Position numbers and translations under genes: made by a program
The notes under the pieces: model-generated
Databases searched by the model: none
The model's input: only the letters and a program-made list of their open reading frames with translations
What the model was told of the DNA's origin: nothing
Source: the human T2T-CHM13v2.0 reference genome, Homo sapiens
Direction: 5' to 3' (one strand)
DNA length: 64,000 bases
Assembly (NCBI RefSeq): GCF_009914755.1
Contig: NC_060926.1
In this document: positions 30,013-45,130 of the stretch, piece after piece
Numbering within the stretch: position 1 is the first letter of the stretch
Layout: the number at the start of each line of letters is the position of its first letter

Positions 30013-30550
30013 CAGGGGTCCCCAAGCCCCAGGCCATGGACCAGTACATGGACCACTACTGGTCCATGGCCTGTTAGGAACCAGGCTGCACAGCAGGAGG
30101 TAAGCAGCAGGTGAATGAGCAAAGCTTCATCTGTTTTTACAGCTGCTCCCCGTGGCTCCCATTACTGCCTCAGCTCCGCCTCCTGTGAGATCAGCGGCAG
30201 CATTAGATTCTCATAGGAGCATGAACCCTATTGGGAACTGTGTACCCAAGGAATCTAGGTTGCATGTTCCTTATGAGAATCTAATGCTTAGTGATCTGTC
30301 ACTGTCTCCCATCACCCCCAGATGGGATTGTCTAGTTGCAGGAAAACTCAGGGCTCCCACTGATTCTACATTATGGTGAGTTATATAATTATTTCATTAT
30401 ATATTACAATGTAATAATAATAGAAATAAAGTGCAAAATAAATGTAATGGGCTTGAATAGTCCCGTAACCATCCCCACACCCTGGTGGGCCCATGGAAAA
30501 CTGTCTTCTGCAAAACCAGTCCCTGGTGCCAAAAAGGTTGAGGACCACTG
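30013..30550. mobile_element. MER1A hAT-Charlie element, full length
   Basis: caggggtccccaa...aaaaaggttgaggaccactg; degenerate 8-bp TSD CTGTAGGT/CTCTAGAT. Confidence 0.9.
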
Positions 30551-31459
30551 CTCTAGATCATGTGGGTTGATTTTGCTCTTCCTTATCACTAAAGAAAAAT
30601 GAGTACCCAGCCATTGGTCATGTGTGGGCGAGAATGGTGCCTTACAATTAAACCAAAGAGCGCTGTGCATGGCGCTGCTCTCCCTTAGCTCCAGTAGAGG
30701 CGTGGGGTCAGCTTGCTCAGCTCCCTGAGTCTGGGTTCCCCCTGTCCCTTGGTCTCAGAAAGGTACTGAAGCCCCGCATTCAGCTGGATGAGGAACCTCT
30801 TGGACCTTACTGTTCCGCAGAAGTGACCCTAAAGCCGGACTCACTGCCCAGGTCCACTTGAATGGTCTCATGGGTTGCTACTGAAATGGCCCAAGGTTTG
30901 AAGCCACTAAGAGCGGGCATCAAATCCTAGCTACCCTCCTCATCTGGGTCACCTTGGCCTCGCTCTTCACACTCTCTGACCTCAGCTCCCTCACTGGTAG
31001 TGGAGGACATGGGTCAATACACTGTCACTATTATTGAAAGCTCAATACATTGTGACTATTATTCATGAATTCTTTAGCTGCCTTATTTCCACTTCCGGAT
31101 GCAGACTTGTTTACAGCCCTGAATATAAAGGAATCAAAGACCAAGAACCTGATGACAATTAGGTTATATTTGTTACAGTTCTGATCATTTTTCTCTTCGG
31201 GTCCACTGATCCACAAAAAATACGTATATAAATAACAGGCAACCAGGTGCCTTATGCAAGGGGGAAAAAATCTTAAATAATCTTGTTTTTGTGGGTTTCT
31301 ATTTTCCAGAAAAAAATTAATAAATACAAAAGGATTAATTTTTCTGCTTTAACATTTTTTAAGTGCACCAAAAACTTTGTTAAATACACAAGTAAATATA
31401 TGTCACTTTAAAAAAAATTATAGCCAGTGCAGGATAAGAGAGGGAAAATCCATTGGAAA

Positions 31460-32200
31460 AGAGGGCGCCGCGGGACAACCCTAGGATAGGAGATGGAGCC
31501 ATGGATGGGCCCAGAGCTGACTGTGGCATCCGAAAGATACGCAAGGAAAAGCAGTGAGGGGGCTGTAAGGAAGAGGTGGTGAGGGAGTCCCTGAGGGAAA
31601 GGAGAGGCTCTGCAAGGAAGGAGAATGACGGGGAAGGCAAACGTCTCCTCCTCCCTCCCACACCCTCTGCCGGTTTTCCCGCTCTGCCTCCTGGCGCCCT
31701 TTTCCGCCCAGAAAGCAGGAGCCCGCCTAGTCCTTCATGGCGGGAGAACAGCGCCCTCGTGTGGACTGCCGGGTTCTTGGTGCTAGAGGCAGTTTGGGTC
31801 CGTTGCCTTTTCACTACTCCGGACACACATTGTTTTTCAGCAAATGAGAAAGCCGCATAAGCAGCATCCCAGGCAGTTTCTTTGCAGAAAACTTGGTAAG
31901 GATCAAACAGAAATAAGCCAAGTGCAGCGATTTCCCTCACCCACATCATTCACCTCCGGCAAGTATCTGACTCTATTTCTCTTTCCAATGCCCAACTTCG
32001 GGGGTGCTCATCCCAACAGGCAGTAGCTCCTGTAGTAGCCCAACCGTGCATCCCTGAGAGGCGTAAGGGCAGGGAGCTGGCAGAGCCATGGGGACATACG
32101 TGGGGACAGTCTGGAAGGCGACGTGATTGGCCTAGGATGCGAAGGGTCCATACTGACGTAGAGAGGGGCTGGGCAACCTCTGGATGCACCAGAAAATGCT
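31460..32200. promoter_or_regulatory. CpG-enriched unique block (weak or orphan CpG island) with a CTCF-like motif
   Basis: Roughly 30 CpGs in ~740 bp of non-repeat DNA; CCACACGAGGGCGC on - strand at 31751-31764. Confidence 0.5.
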
Positions 32201-32454
32201 GTGCTCTCCCAGGGCAGTGGGGGATTCACACATAGGATTCCTCCATGGCTCTGGTGTTGCTGGAAATACTTCTAGAAACGCCCATTCAGGAAATGGAGGG
32301 GTGCACAAAGATTTCTTTACAAAGGTGTCGTTTGCAGCTTTATTTGTAAATCTGCCATTTTGGAAGCGGCCTAACAGCAAATAGGAGGGGCCTGATCAGA
32401 TACACAGCGCTGCTCCCATCAGTGGAATGCCGTGGAGACATTAAGAATGATGTG

Positions 32455-32755
<301 letters not shown>

Positions 32756-35201
32756 TCACTTCCAACCTGTGCACTGCTCTGCGGTCATATGCTTTCCTTC
32801 TATTAAAAATAATAATACTAATACATTTAAAAAATAATGCAACAGTCTATTTAATGGCAAATGGGCACATATGCTCAATGTCATGTTAAATGTTAAAAAT
32901 ACAAATCTGAACATGGCATTATGGTGTAGATTTGTCTTTCTTAACCCCACTTTTAGTTTGTTCTATCATTTTTTATGTGCCTTTGTAATCCATGCTGAAT
33001 CCTTTAGAATAAAATGGAGATTTAATAAATAAGGAAAATTATATGTACACTAGATCCACCTTCCAAAATGTATTTATGCACTTAGAGAGGAGGACAGAGA
33101 GAGAGAGGCACAAGATAAGTGAAAAGTACAATCCTGAAACATTGTGACAATCCTTACCTCTAGCTAAGGATGGTTGGTCATTTTTATTTACATATTTTAT
33201 ATTTGTTTTCATTTTCTACACTGAATAGGGTTTACTTCTTAAATCAGAAGAACAGTCCATTTTTTTCAAGAAGCAGAATTGTGGCCTAGCCCACCTGCCT
33301 GCCATTCCTACCCATGTCTTAGGCAGGTGAGCCAGGCAGACTCTCTCGAAGCGAATCAGAAACATCTTGGGAGGTTCAGCTGAAGGAACAAAGGACTCCT
33401 CGCATCCAGGATCTTCCAATGCCAGCATTTGAGCGATGCCCTAAAGAACCAGCCTTGTCCCACACAGGAGGTACCATGTGAAGCTGTTATTGATTGTTTA
33501 CAGGTTAGTATAAAAGGATTTATCGGTGTCATGTAATAGTTTTGAATAGGGCTTGGAGTCCGGGCTCAGAACTTAAATTCTCACTCTGTTGTTCACTAAT
33601 GTTTGATTTGGAGTGATGACTTATTCTCCTCATCTGAAAAGTGGAGATGTAATCCTTATACCTCTCAAGATTGCTGAGAAATTAAATGTGGTAGTCAGGC
33701 TGCACCATATGAAGTTGGTGGTTTTGTGGGTGTGAAGTGGGTGATCCCCGGCCATTTCTGGTTCAATCCGTGTACATTGGGAGCTCAGCACGGTGCTGGC
33801 AGGTGGTCAGCGCTTGCTCAGCCTCCGCACGGTTCCACCCCCATTCCACAGATCAGGCTGTACAGGGCCGAACGTGGGAAAAACAGGGCTGCAGGAAGGC
33901 ATGCAGGGCCTGGGAGGGAGTTGTGGGGAGGAAGGAGGGAAGAAGCCTCAGAACGCCAGAGGCTCTCAAAATGCAGCGTGGCCAAAGCTGATGCAGCGTC
34001 AGCCTCCCTCTTGCCATTTTAAAGATACTCCACCCCCAAACAAACACACACACCCCTCACCCTTCTGACCTCATTAAATTTACTTCTACATGGCATAACT
34101 TTCTTCCCCAGTCTGAGCCCTCTGGGATCCACCTTGTGACCTCAGAGGGCTAACGTCACAATGGGGACCCTGAACCCTCACTCCAGCTTCTCCCCTGGGC
34201 ACAGGTTTGCTGGCAGGTGCCAAGGTGGTAGGATATGCTTCCTCCCAACCTGGGGAAGGTGCAGAGGCTGTGACTGAAGCAGCCTGGCATGGTGCTCCCC
34301 TTGGTCCTAATTAACTCAGTTATCATAAGTTCCATTGCATCCAGGACTGAGATACCCAAGTCCAAGGAATGGGGAACCATTAGAGACACACTGGCGGCGG
34401 GGGTGCAGGAAAAGAGAAAGCCACCACTAGTCAACCTGGTGGGACTTCCAAGGAAGGTAATTCAAGGTTAGGCATTTTCTTGGGATATCAGAGTCTGAAT
34501 CAACTTTCATCTGAAATGAAAGGTCCTGCCCTGCCCCAGCCAGAGCTGCCAGTGCCTCCGCCCCTTTAATAGGGACTTGGTGCTTTCTCAGTGCCACCCA
34601 TGAAACTCAAAACTGAGTGGGGGCATTCCACTGATGGTTTGGGGGTTCAGTGAGAAGGGAGACGGGGTGTGGGAGAAATGGTGGTTTCAAAGACTCTTCC
34701 ATCCTTGGGTTAGCTACTCTAAGAATAACATGTACAACCATTAGAAGGAAGATCCCCATGGCTCATGTCATTTAAGGCCCTAACCAGCCCTGTGTGCAAG
34801 AGTCATAGCCATTTTTAATGGGCACATGGGCTGAGAGATCATGGGCTAAAGATCATGCCCAAATTCACACACGAAAGATGTGAGAAGCCAGGACCCAAAC
34901 CCACACTCCCTATCTCAAAATTCATTCTCTTTTTGAATTGCCACAAATTTGCAGGAGAATAATTGTTCTAGGATAGAGATTCTCAAACTACAGGGCAAGA
35001 AACCCTTGATACTGCCAAGTTATGTCAAGGAAGCTGCTAATTCAGATTGGACATTAAGTATGGCCCACAAACTTAAAAAAAAAGAAAAGAAAAAAAGGTA
35101 TGTCTTGCCCAATCACCCCTTCATGCATCAATCCAACTGCTATGTACCAGCATTTTTCGAACATCTATAGATGTTGTTATGATGATTAAGATACAATTCA
35201 T

Positions 35202-35942
35202 TGTATTGCTGCTTCCTGTTGTTGCTTGGTTACTGCAGTAACAGGCAACCACACAATTCCAGTGGCTTCCAGCACCCAGCATTTATTACTCACCTGATTC
35301 CATCCTGGCTGCAGGTTGAAGCAGGCTCTGCTCTGCTCCACGTGTCTTCTCATTCAGGTACCCAGGCTGAAGGAGCAGCCTCTGACTGTGACATGCTGCA
35401 TGAAACCTAGCTAAGCCACACAGTCGCATCTAATCACATGTCCTGTCATGGCTGATAAGTGGGGGTGGATGGCCACTTCAGCTACTGGAGGCACAGGAAG
35501 GGCAGGGATGTATTTATTTTGAAAGCAAATCATCATGACTGGGTGTGTGGTTCACACATGTAATCCCAGCACTTTGGGAGGCCAAGGTGGGCAGATCACT
35601 TGAGCCCAGGAGTTCAAGACCAACCTGGGGAACAGAGTGAGACCCTGTACTTACAAAAAAAAAAATTAATTAGCTGGGTGTGGTGGTGTGCACTTATAAT
35701 CCCAGCTACTAAGGAGGCTGGGGTGGGAGGATTGCTTGAGCCAGGGAAATCAAGGCTATAGTGAGCTACGATCATGCCACTGCACTCCAGCCTGGGCAAT
35801 AAAGTGAGACCCTGTCTCAAGGAAGGAAGGAAGGAAGGAAGGAAGGAAAGAAGGGAAGGAAGGGAAGGAAGGGAAGGAGGGAAGGAAGGAGCGAGAGAAA
35901 GGAAGAAAGAAAATAATCATGAACAATAATGCAATCTACCAC
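35202..35942 (-). mobile_element. MLT1J/K-like LTR interrupted by an Alu
   Basis: tgcagtaacaggcaacc...gctctgctccacgtgtcttctcattcaggtacccaggctgaaggagcagcc; resumes at aacaataatgcaatctaccac. Confidence 0.6.
35537..35910 (+). mobile_element. AluJ with (GGAA)n tail
   Basis: Full dimer followed by a GGAA array at 35819-35910. Confidence 0.92.
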
Positions 35943-35950
35943 TTTATACA

Positions 35951-36112
<162 letters not shown>

Positions 36113-36197
36113 TAGAACTATGATGAGGAAGCCCTCACAGTTAAAAAAAATATTGGGAGACTCCTGTTAGAGGAGATAAGTTGAAAATGTAGTTCTA

Positions 36198-36844
36198 CGC
36201 TTATACCTTAGACACTGTTGGTGGGAATGCAAATTTGTTCAGCCCCTGTGGAAAGCAGTTTGATTATTTCTCAAAGAACTAAAAATAGAACTACCATTTG
36301 ACCCAGCAATCTCGTTACTGGGTATATACCCAAAGGAAAATAAATTGTTCTACAAAAAAGACACTTGCACTTGTATGTCCATTGCAGCACTAGTCACAAC
36401 AACAGACAAGGAATCAGCCTAGATACCCATCAACGTGGATTGGATAAAGAAAATGTGATATATTTACACCATGGAATACCACATGGCCATAAAAAGGAAT
36501 GAAATCATGTCCTTTGCAGCAACATGGATGCAGCTGAAGGCCATTATTCTAGGTGAATTAACGTAGACACAGGAAAACAAATACCATATATTCTCACTTA
36601 TAAGTGGGAGTTAAACATCAGGAACTCAGGGACATAAAGATGGCAATGATAGACACTGGGGATTCCAAAAGCGTGGAGGGAGGTCGGAGGACAGGGGTTG
36701 AAAAACTACCTATCGGGTACTATGTTTGCGACTTGGGCAGTGGGATCATTAGAAGCCCAAACCTCAGCATCACGCAACATACCCGTGTCACAAACCTGCA
36801 CATGTACCCTCTGAAACTAAAATTTTTTAAAAAAATTAAATAAA
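36198..36844 (+). mobile_element. 5'-truncated L1 (L1PA16/17-like) 3' end
   Basis: L1 ORF2 end, 3' UTR and A tail; TSD GAAAATG(T/C)AGTTCTA (36183-36197, 36845-36859). Confidence 0.9.
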
Positions 36845-37343
36845 GAAAATGCAGTTCTAAAACACTGATTACCCCCCTGCCGGAGCAACATCAGTAATTT
36901 TTCACATTGGTGGAAGGTGGCATCTCCAAGACGGAATTCAATATTTAAATATGGGTTTTAAGGTCAAACTTAAGTTGTCCCATTTGCATCTGCCCTGAGG
37001 AGCCTCTGAAGCGGCTTCAGATGATAGAGGTCCGTGGGAATGCCATTCGTTGGCCTCCACAACAAGACAGTGTGAAGTGACTTTCACTGGCAACTCTGGG
37101 CCAAGAGTCTAATAGAACTGCATACACTCCTGGGAATTCACCTATTCAAGAAACACTTAAACGTGGGGACTGTAAGCAGTGTGAGATGCAAAGATGTGTA
37201 GGAAACTGTCCTCACCCTCACAGATCTTGCAGTAGAGCCTCCCAGCCTCACTTGAGGAGCAAAGTCAAGGCTCTGAGTTTCCATGACTTGGCCAAAGTTC
37301 ACACACCAGGTCAACGACCACAGGGGACTCGACATCAGGGGTC

Positions 37344-37642
37344 TTTTTGTTGGTTTGCTTTTGAGACAGGGCCTCATCCTGTCACCCAGGCTGGAGTGCA
37401 GTGGTGCAGTCTTGGCTCACTGCATCCTCAACCTCCCTGACTCAAGCAATCCTCCCTCCTCAGCCTCCAAATAGCTGGGACTATAGGCTCATGTCAGCAA
37501 GCCTATAGTCCCAAAATTTTTTAATGTTTTCTAGAAACAGGGTCTCACTACATTGCCCAGGCTGGTCTTGAACTTCTGGGCTCCAGCAATCCTCCTACCT
37601 CAGCCTCCCTAAGTCCTAGGATTACAGACACTGCCCCTGGCC
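37344..37642 (-). mobile_element. AluJ
   Basis: Antisense dimer. Confidence 0.92.
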
Positions 37643-38455
37643 AAAATCAAGTTTATTAACTACCATTCTTTTTTCTCTACACCATATGCTTCCTTAGTTA
37701 ATGTAATCTTCAGCTGAATTTCTTTCTTAGTTTTGTGTTGTGTTACCTTTTTCTTCCCAACAACAAGGCAATGTGGGGCCACCCCAGATAACAAAAGGGA
37801 ACTGGTAGGGAAGAACAGCACGCACCCAGGGAGCAGGTGCCAGCTGCCCGTAACCAGAGGCCTCAGACGAGGGAAGAGAACCCAGCACTTTTTAAAATTA
37901 TGTAAATGATGAAAGCCACCTTTTGCTACATCCTTTCCATCAGACTCTTAGTGCATTTGAGGCTTTGATTAACGAGGCTATATCCAAGAATGATATTCAT
38001 GTTACCCAATAAAGACACCATGGGGTTCTTCTGGGCCCAATTTTGGGAACTTGCTCAATATTCAAGCTGGGTTTTTTCTTTTCCTTGTATCTTATCGACC
38101 AGGTACAAAAGGATGTTGTTTAAATGAGAAAATCTCTTCCTTCGCGTACTGTTCTAAACTCAGTGGGTTCTCTTTGCAGCCAGGTGAGAAAAAGTTGCAA
38201 TTTCAATGCAGAGAGCCCTTCTGAATGCCTGCGGCCTGGGAGGTATAATGAACAAGCTTCAGTCTTGGATCGGTTCCCAGACCCACAACGCGAGAACGCT
38301 GTGGTGTCTAAACAGAAGTCCCTGGCTTTCTTTCAGTCCCAAGTCTTACTAGGTTTGACGCTTCTTTATTATGTTTTGTTCTGCATCTCTAAGTCCCCCT
38401 TCTAAAGCATAATGCTGCAAACATGGGGTCTGCACGCCCAAGAGCATTGTCCCTT

Positions 38456-38471
38456 GGTTACCATGGTAACC
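38456..38471. promoter_or_regulatory. Perfect palindromic RFX X-box
   Basis: GGTTACCATGGTAACC contains the RFX consensus GTTRCCATGGYAAC. Confidence 0.6.
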
Positions 38472-39785
38472 CAAGCGCATCCACCAAGCACTTTACTCCA
38501 AAGGAAATAGCGAGCTTGGGCTATGAGCTTGCACCTTGCACACACACACACCCCAGTCAGTGAATATCCCCCAGAGGGTTTCTGTTTCTGCGCCAGAGTT
38601 GGCAAAAGCCAAAGGGGCCAGCGCAACTGTGTTTTATCGACTTTATTAAAATAACTGGGATACACATTCAACCACTAATTATTATTGTTTCACCTGTGCC
38701 AGGAGGGGACCTGCTGGCGCTTGACAAATGGGCTGAGAGGCTGTCGAGTTTCATTCCGGCATTGGTGGGTAACAGATGCCGAAATGTGGTTTCGTAATAG
38801 CGGAATAGGACTTTGTACTTTTACAGTACTTTTTATCAGTGAATCTCAAAGGCTCCCTCATTAGTCCCCGTGGCCCCCTGGAAAGGAGGTGAGTGGCGAT
38901 TGGGTCCCCCGAGGCGGCAAGCCCAAGGCAAGAGGAGGCCTCGGGCTAGTTGCCTAGACTTAAACAGGACACAGAAGCACAAACAGGCCATTGGAGCCCC
39001 AGTCTGATGAAGCTGCTCTAATCGTGTAATTACCCTGCAATCATGCCCATCATTTGCATTTTTAATTCCACTCATTAAACGTGCGGCTTCTGTTTGGGGA
39101 GACTTGTCTCCACACATCTCAACCGTCTGAATGCCTGTGGCTGGCCTTTTTATGCAGTAACCAGGCATCCTGATAGACAGGTTGGGGGAAACATTTACTT
39201 GGTCCCACCATAAAAGAGCACACGAGTTACCTAAGCAGAATGGCACAGGGTCAGCAGTGGCTGAGAAATGGTTACTTTACGGGAACACAAAACGAAGTCA
39301 GTTCTGAAAGTCCCCATGCCCAAGATTGAGAAACTTCAGTAAATCCTAAGTCATCTAAAAACTTCCTCCCCACCCCAAACTACATCTCAAAGTGTTAAAA
39401 GTGAGCGGAGTCTTGGATAATATCTAAATCCAACACCCCCATTTTTGGATGAGAAAATTGAGCCCGAGAGGCATTTCTCGATTAACTTTCAAGCCCCACA
39501 GCTGGTCAGTGGCAGAGGGGATCCCAGAGCTCAAATGGTTCACCCTCCCTATCTACATTAACCACAAGGTGCTATGAGAAACTTACGTGGAAACATTTCT
39601 ACAGGTGCATTGCCCTTGAATATCAGCAACACACGCTCCTTCTGAACAGGGATTTTGTCTGTTTTTTTCTCAGCTGTATCCCAGAAAAGAGAACCTAGCA
39701 CATAATGAATCCCCTATAAGTTTTTGTTGATGATTGGACATCTGCACGGATCCTACTCAACACAGGTCAAGAAAGAGAATAATAA

Positions 39786-40070
<285 letters not shown>

Positions 40071-40329
40071 AATAGACAAGGAACCAGAAAAGCATATTTT
40101 CCCCCATTTAAGATTCAGTTCAAATGTCACCTCCTCAGAGAGGCCTTTTCTGATCCCCTTGTTCATTGTTTACCTCCCTCACCCTAGTCATTCCTTTTCA
40201 TTTGGTTCCATTTCATTCCTGTTTTGTTTTCATTATAGCAGTTATAAATATTTAAAGTGACCTCATTTATTTTACAACTATCTCCTCACTTCGATAGAAG
40301 CACCATAAAGTCAAGAATTTTTTTCAGTC

Positions 40330-41157
40330 CATGAATAGACAATTCTCAAAGGAAGATATACAAATGGCCAACAAACATATAAAAAAAAATGCTCGTCATC
40401 ACTAATGATCGGGGAAATGCAAACCAAAACCACAATGTGATACCACCTTACTCCTGCAAGAATGGCCATAATCAAAAAATCAAAAAATAATGTTAGCATG
40501 GATGCAGTGAAAAGGGACACTTCTACACTGCCGGTGGGAATGTAAACTAGTACAACCTCTATGGAAAAACAGTATGGAGATTCCTTAAAGAACTAAAAGT
40601 AGATTTACCATTTGATCCAGCAATCCCACTACTGGGTATCTACCCAGAGGAAAAGAAGTCATTATACGAAAAAAATACTTGCACACGCATGTTCATAGCA
40701 GCACAATTCGCAACTGCAAAAATGTAGAACCAACCCAAATACCCATCAATCAATGAGTGGATAAAGAAACTGTGGTATATATATGCAATGGAATACTACT
40801 CAGCCATAAAAAGGAATGAATTAATGAAATTTGCAGAAACTTAGATGGGATTGGAGACTATTATTCCAAGTGAGGTAACTGAAGAATGGAAAACCAAACA
40901 TTGTATGTTCTCACTTATAAGTGGGAGCTAAGCTATGAGGATGCAAAGGCATAAGAATGACACAATGGACCTGGGGAACTCGGTGGGAAAGGGTGGGAAG
41001 GTGGTGAGGGATAAAAGACCACAAATTGGGTACCAGGTATACTGCTCGGGAGATGGGTGCACACGAATCTCACAAATCACCACTAAAGAACTACTCATGT
41101 AACCAAATACCACCTGTTCCCCAATAACCTTTAGAAATAAAAATGTTTTTAAAAAAA
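40330..41157 (+). mobile_element. 5'-truncated L1PB-like 3' end inserted into an L2 fragment
   Basis: L1 ORF2 end and 3' UTR; TSD AAGAATTTTT(TT/GG)CAGTC; L2-like sequence at 40085-40310 and 41170-41245. Confidence 0.9.
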
Positions 41158-43067
41158 GAATTTTTGGCAGTCGTGTTCACTGCCCCATTGCCAGGGCCTG
41201 CACCAGTGCCTGACATATGTGAGATGCTCAACAGATATTTATGAAGTGACAGATATATATAGAAAAAAAATAATGAAAGTGCTAAAAATCATCAAAAGTA
41301 TTTGTTTCACAGTGAGAAATGTTCAGTATTATTGCATTATTCATCTTTGTCAACATTAGCAGCAAATCAGAGTTCCATAAGCCCTCTTTAGACTTGAACA
41401 AATTTCCAGTCAGTGTGTGTGTACAAAACACATTGGTACAGCGTATCATTATCTTCTTGGTTCCAAATGATCCCACAGTTGATGTTCTCCGTGTTTGTCT
41501 GAGCCTCTGGGGCTTTATTAATGTAATTATAGACACAAGTCACCAGTTGAGTGTATAATTTGGTGGAAGGGACTATCTATATAGAACAAACCACTGACAG
41601 GTAGGTTAGAGCCAGAATCGCCCAAGGAATCAACTGGCTCTGCTGGTCCATTTTACGGATGTGGGAAGGCCCTGAGAGAATAAGGGACCTGCCCTAAGCC
41701 ACCTACATGCCTAATCTGGGCAGAGATCAGAAAACTTCAAAGGAACAAGTCTGTCTTTTTTTATATGAATGGAAGTTGGATTCGAAAGATGTAAATTAAA
41801 CTGACCTTAGTTGAACACATTCTCAGGGAGACTTCTTCCCTCTTCCAACTGTAAGAATCAGTGCCCAGACAAAAATCATCCTCAGAGGTGACACATCACA
41901 CAGTGTCATCCAAAAGGAATACAGGTGCAGAAGCAAGTGTCGCACTAAACATCCCAGGCAGACTCTCAGCATCCTTCCCAGCATTTCACACTGGAAAAAC
42001 TATGCTGCAACAGTCTTCACCAATAGCCTCCCTCTGCCGTGAAAGAAAAATAGCATCATCAAGCTAACCAGAAGCACACTATCAGACTCTCTTGGATTTG
42101 AGGGGGAGGCGGAAACATCCAGTACAGAACTCAGAAAACACTCACACATCTGTCTTCTATTAAGATGCCCTCTGTAGTTTCAAAAATGCCCCCTGTCTCA
42201 GCTCCTCACCCCCAGGCAAGCCAGGTCCCCACAGGGCACAATTTCCTCCAGGCTTTTTCTTCTTGCCCTGGTGGTATAAACTCTCAGGCGACCTGCTCAC
42301 ATCAGCCCCTACACCAGTGTCTCCACCTTGCTATTGGAGAACAGCATACATTCTGTGTCCACTGCAATGCTTCTCGTTGCTATCTGAGTTGCTAAGAAGC
42401 AGTGGGATGCAGCTGGCAGTCTCTGAGATGCAGGGCGGGTTGTGAGAGCCTCTCCCTTGCCTCATGTCAGGGGTCACGTGATTATTCTATTACTGTCTCT
42501 ACCCCCTCTCTCCTAACCTACAGTCAATCTGACAGTTTTCCCAAACAGGGCTGCCCCATTTCTAAATATTCACAAGTGCCATCCGCCAGGGCCTGCCAGG
42601 GCAGTGTTGATTGCTTCAAGATGTGTGTTAATATCAAGTGGCTTTGCAGCATGGGAATATGCTTGGCTGGGCCCCTCTGTTTACTGTCCAACCGATACCT
42701 TGGAATCCTGCTCTTATCAATGTTCTGTTGTGTGTTTTACTTGACATTTTTGAAAACACCAAAGTTAGCCCTATATAAAAACTGATTGGTTCCTCTGTGA
42801 TGATCCAGGTACTCATGATGCTGCAAGTCAGGTGGCTGTCACTAGTGGCTAAGGTGCTGTGGGCTGAACAGAGTTCTCCCTGGGCACAGGGAGCAACTCT
42901 TGATTGTCTCTGTGGCTCAGGTGCCTGTCTCCTGCTAAGTCTGAGTCCTCCAAGGACAGGGACTTATCCATCTTTATAGCCCACAAACCCAGAGTAGTGC
43001 CAGGTACATAGTGAGTGCCTCTCTGTTGAATGAAATGCAGCCTCACTTTTTTTTCTATTAGAGTTAA

Positions 43068-43458
<391 letters not shown>

Positions 43459-43478
43459 TTTTTTTTTTTTTTTTTAAA

Positions 43479-43775
43479 GGTGCAATGCTTCATTCCTGTA
43501 ATCCCAGCTCTTTGGGAGGCCAAGGTGGGGGGATTGTTTGAGCCCAGAAGTTTGACACCCATCTGGGCAACACAGTGGGACCCAGTCTCTACAAAAAATA
43601 AAAAATTAGCAGGGCAGGGTGGCACATACCTGTATTCTCAGCTACTCAGGAGGCTGATGTGGGAGGATTGCTTGAGCCCAGGAGGTCAAGGCTGCAGTGA
43701 GCTGTGGTTGCACCACTGCACTCCACCCTGGGCAACAGGACGAGACCCTGTCTCAAAAAAAAAAAAAAAAAAAAA
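43479..43775 (+). mobile_element. AluJ
   Basis: Diverged dimer with poly-A. Confidence 0.9.
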
Positions 43776-44496
43776 GACTCCTCAATAAAATTACTCTAAA
43801 TAGATTAACAGTTTTTTCTAAGAAATGAAAAAATAAAAGATAAAATATGGAGCGTGATTTCAAGGCAATCTAGACAACAAGGTGTGAATACTGTTCTCCA
43901 CTAAATGCAACTGTTATCACTTCTTAGCTCTTCTGTGGTCGTCTCCTAGTGCTCAAAACGTAGTCATCAAGCAGATGTGTTGAGCACTCTGTTAGATGCT
44001 GGGAATAAACAGATGAACAGACATGGCCAGTGTCTGTGAGGTGCTTAAAGACCAGAGAAGAGACAGATGCTTATTTCTAATTCCCCACACTATACTGCGA
44101 AACTCGTCAGGGTAGGTGTTTTTGTCTTTTTTTTAATTCCCTGCTCTATCCCCAGTATATTGAACAGTGCCTGGCATGCTATAGGCATTTTAAAAATACT
44201 CGATGAATGAATAAATAATGAAAATCTGGCTGGGGAAGTAGGAGAAAGCTTCACCAAAGGCCTTAGTTGGGTTTGTTCTTGAAAGTATCATTTCTTGAAG
44301 AAAGAGTTACAGACATCCTCACAGGAGAAGAAGGTCTTCTTGGAAGCCTGGGTACAGAGCAGGTGGCATGACCGGATGCTGGAAGAGTAGGACATGGAAA
44401 GAGAGATCAAATCACAAAGGACTTTGTATGCCACCTTGAGGAATCTAGAGTTTTGCTTACATCTTGTTAAGTGAAGAATTTTAAGCAAAATGTTTG

Positions 44497-44857
44497 TGCT
44501 ATGCTCTGAATGTTTGTGTTCACCCAAAATTCATACATTGAAACCTAATCGCCAAGGTAATGGTATTAGAAGGTGAAGCCTTTGGGAGGTGATTAGGTCA
44601 TGAGGAGTCTGCCCTAATGAATGGGATTAGTGCCCTTATGAAAGAAGCCCCAGAGAGTTGCCTTCCTCTTTCACCACGTGAGCATAAAGCAAGAAGGTGC
44701 CATCTACGAGGAACAGGCTCTCACCAGACACCAAAAAAACTGCTGAATGCCTTGATTGTAGACTTCCCAGCCTCCAGAACTGTGAGCAATAAATTCCATT
44801 GTTTATAAATTACCTAGTCTAAGGTATGTTGTTATAGTAGCCCAAATGACTAAGGCA
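44497..44857 (+). mobile_element. MaLR solo LTR (MSTD/MLT1A-like)
   Basis: tgctatgctctgaatgtttgtg...gactaaggca; TSD GTTTG. Confidence 0.9.
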
Positions 44858-45130
44858 GTTTGCATTTTGGAAAAGTCACAGAATTGTATTCTAGATAAGC
44901 AGCACTTATCAAACCACACACATCCCCACCACTTTCCAGGCATCAGAAGCCATTAATCATGTCATATCTGCAGCTAATACTTTGTTTCCATGCATACTGC
45001 ATCATTCCTGCTGAGAAAATTTCCCAGACTTCCCACTCAAATCCCTCTTCCCTGGAATATCTTCCTTTCATGGCAAAGAAAAAGAAAATGAGGAGAGATG
45101 CCTATGAATCCACTCACCGGCCTTTCTGTC

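Noticed and set aside
30691-30704. CTCF-like CCAGTAGAGGCGTG
   Set aside because: Missing a core G, so the spacing is off; too weak without ChIP data
31380-31949. 189-aa ORF over the CpG-rich block
   Set aside because: No recognisable domain; long ORFs are expected by chance in GC-rich DNA
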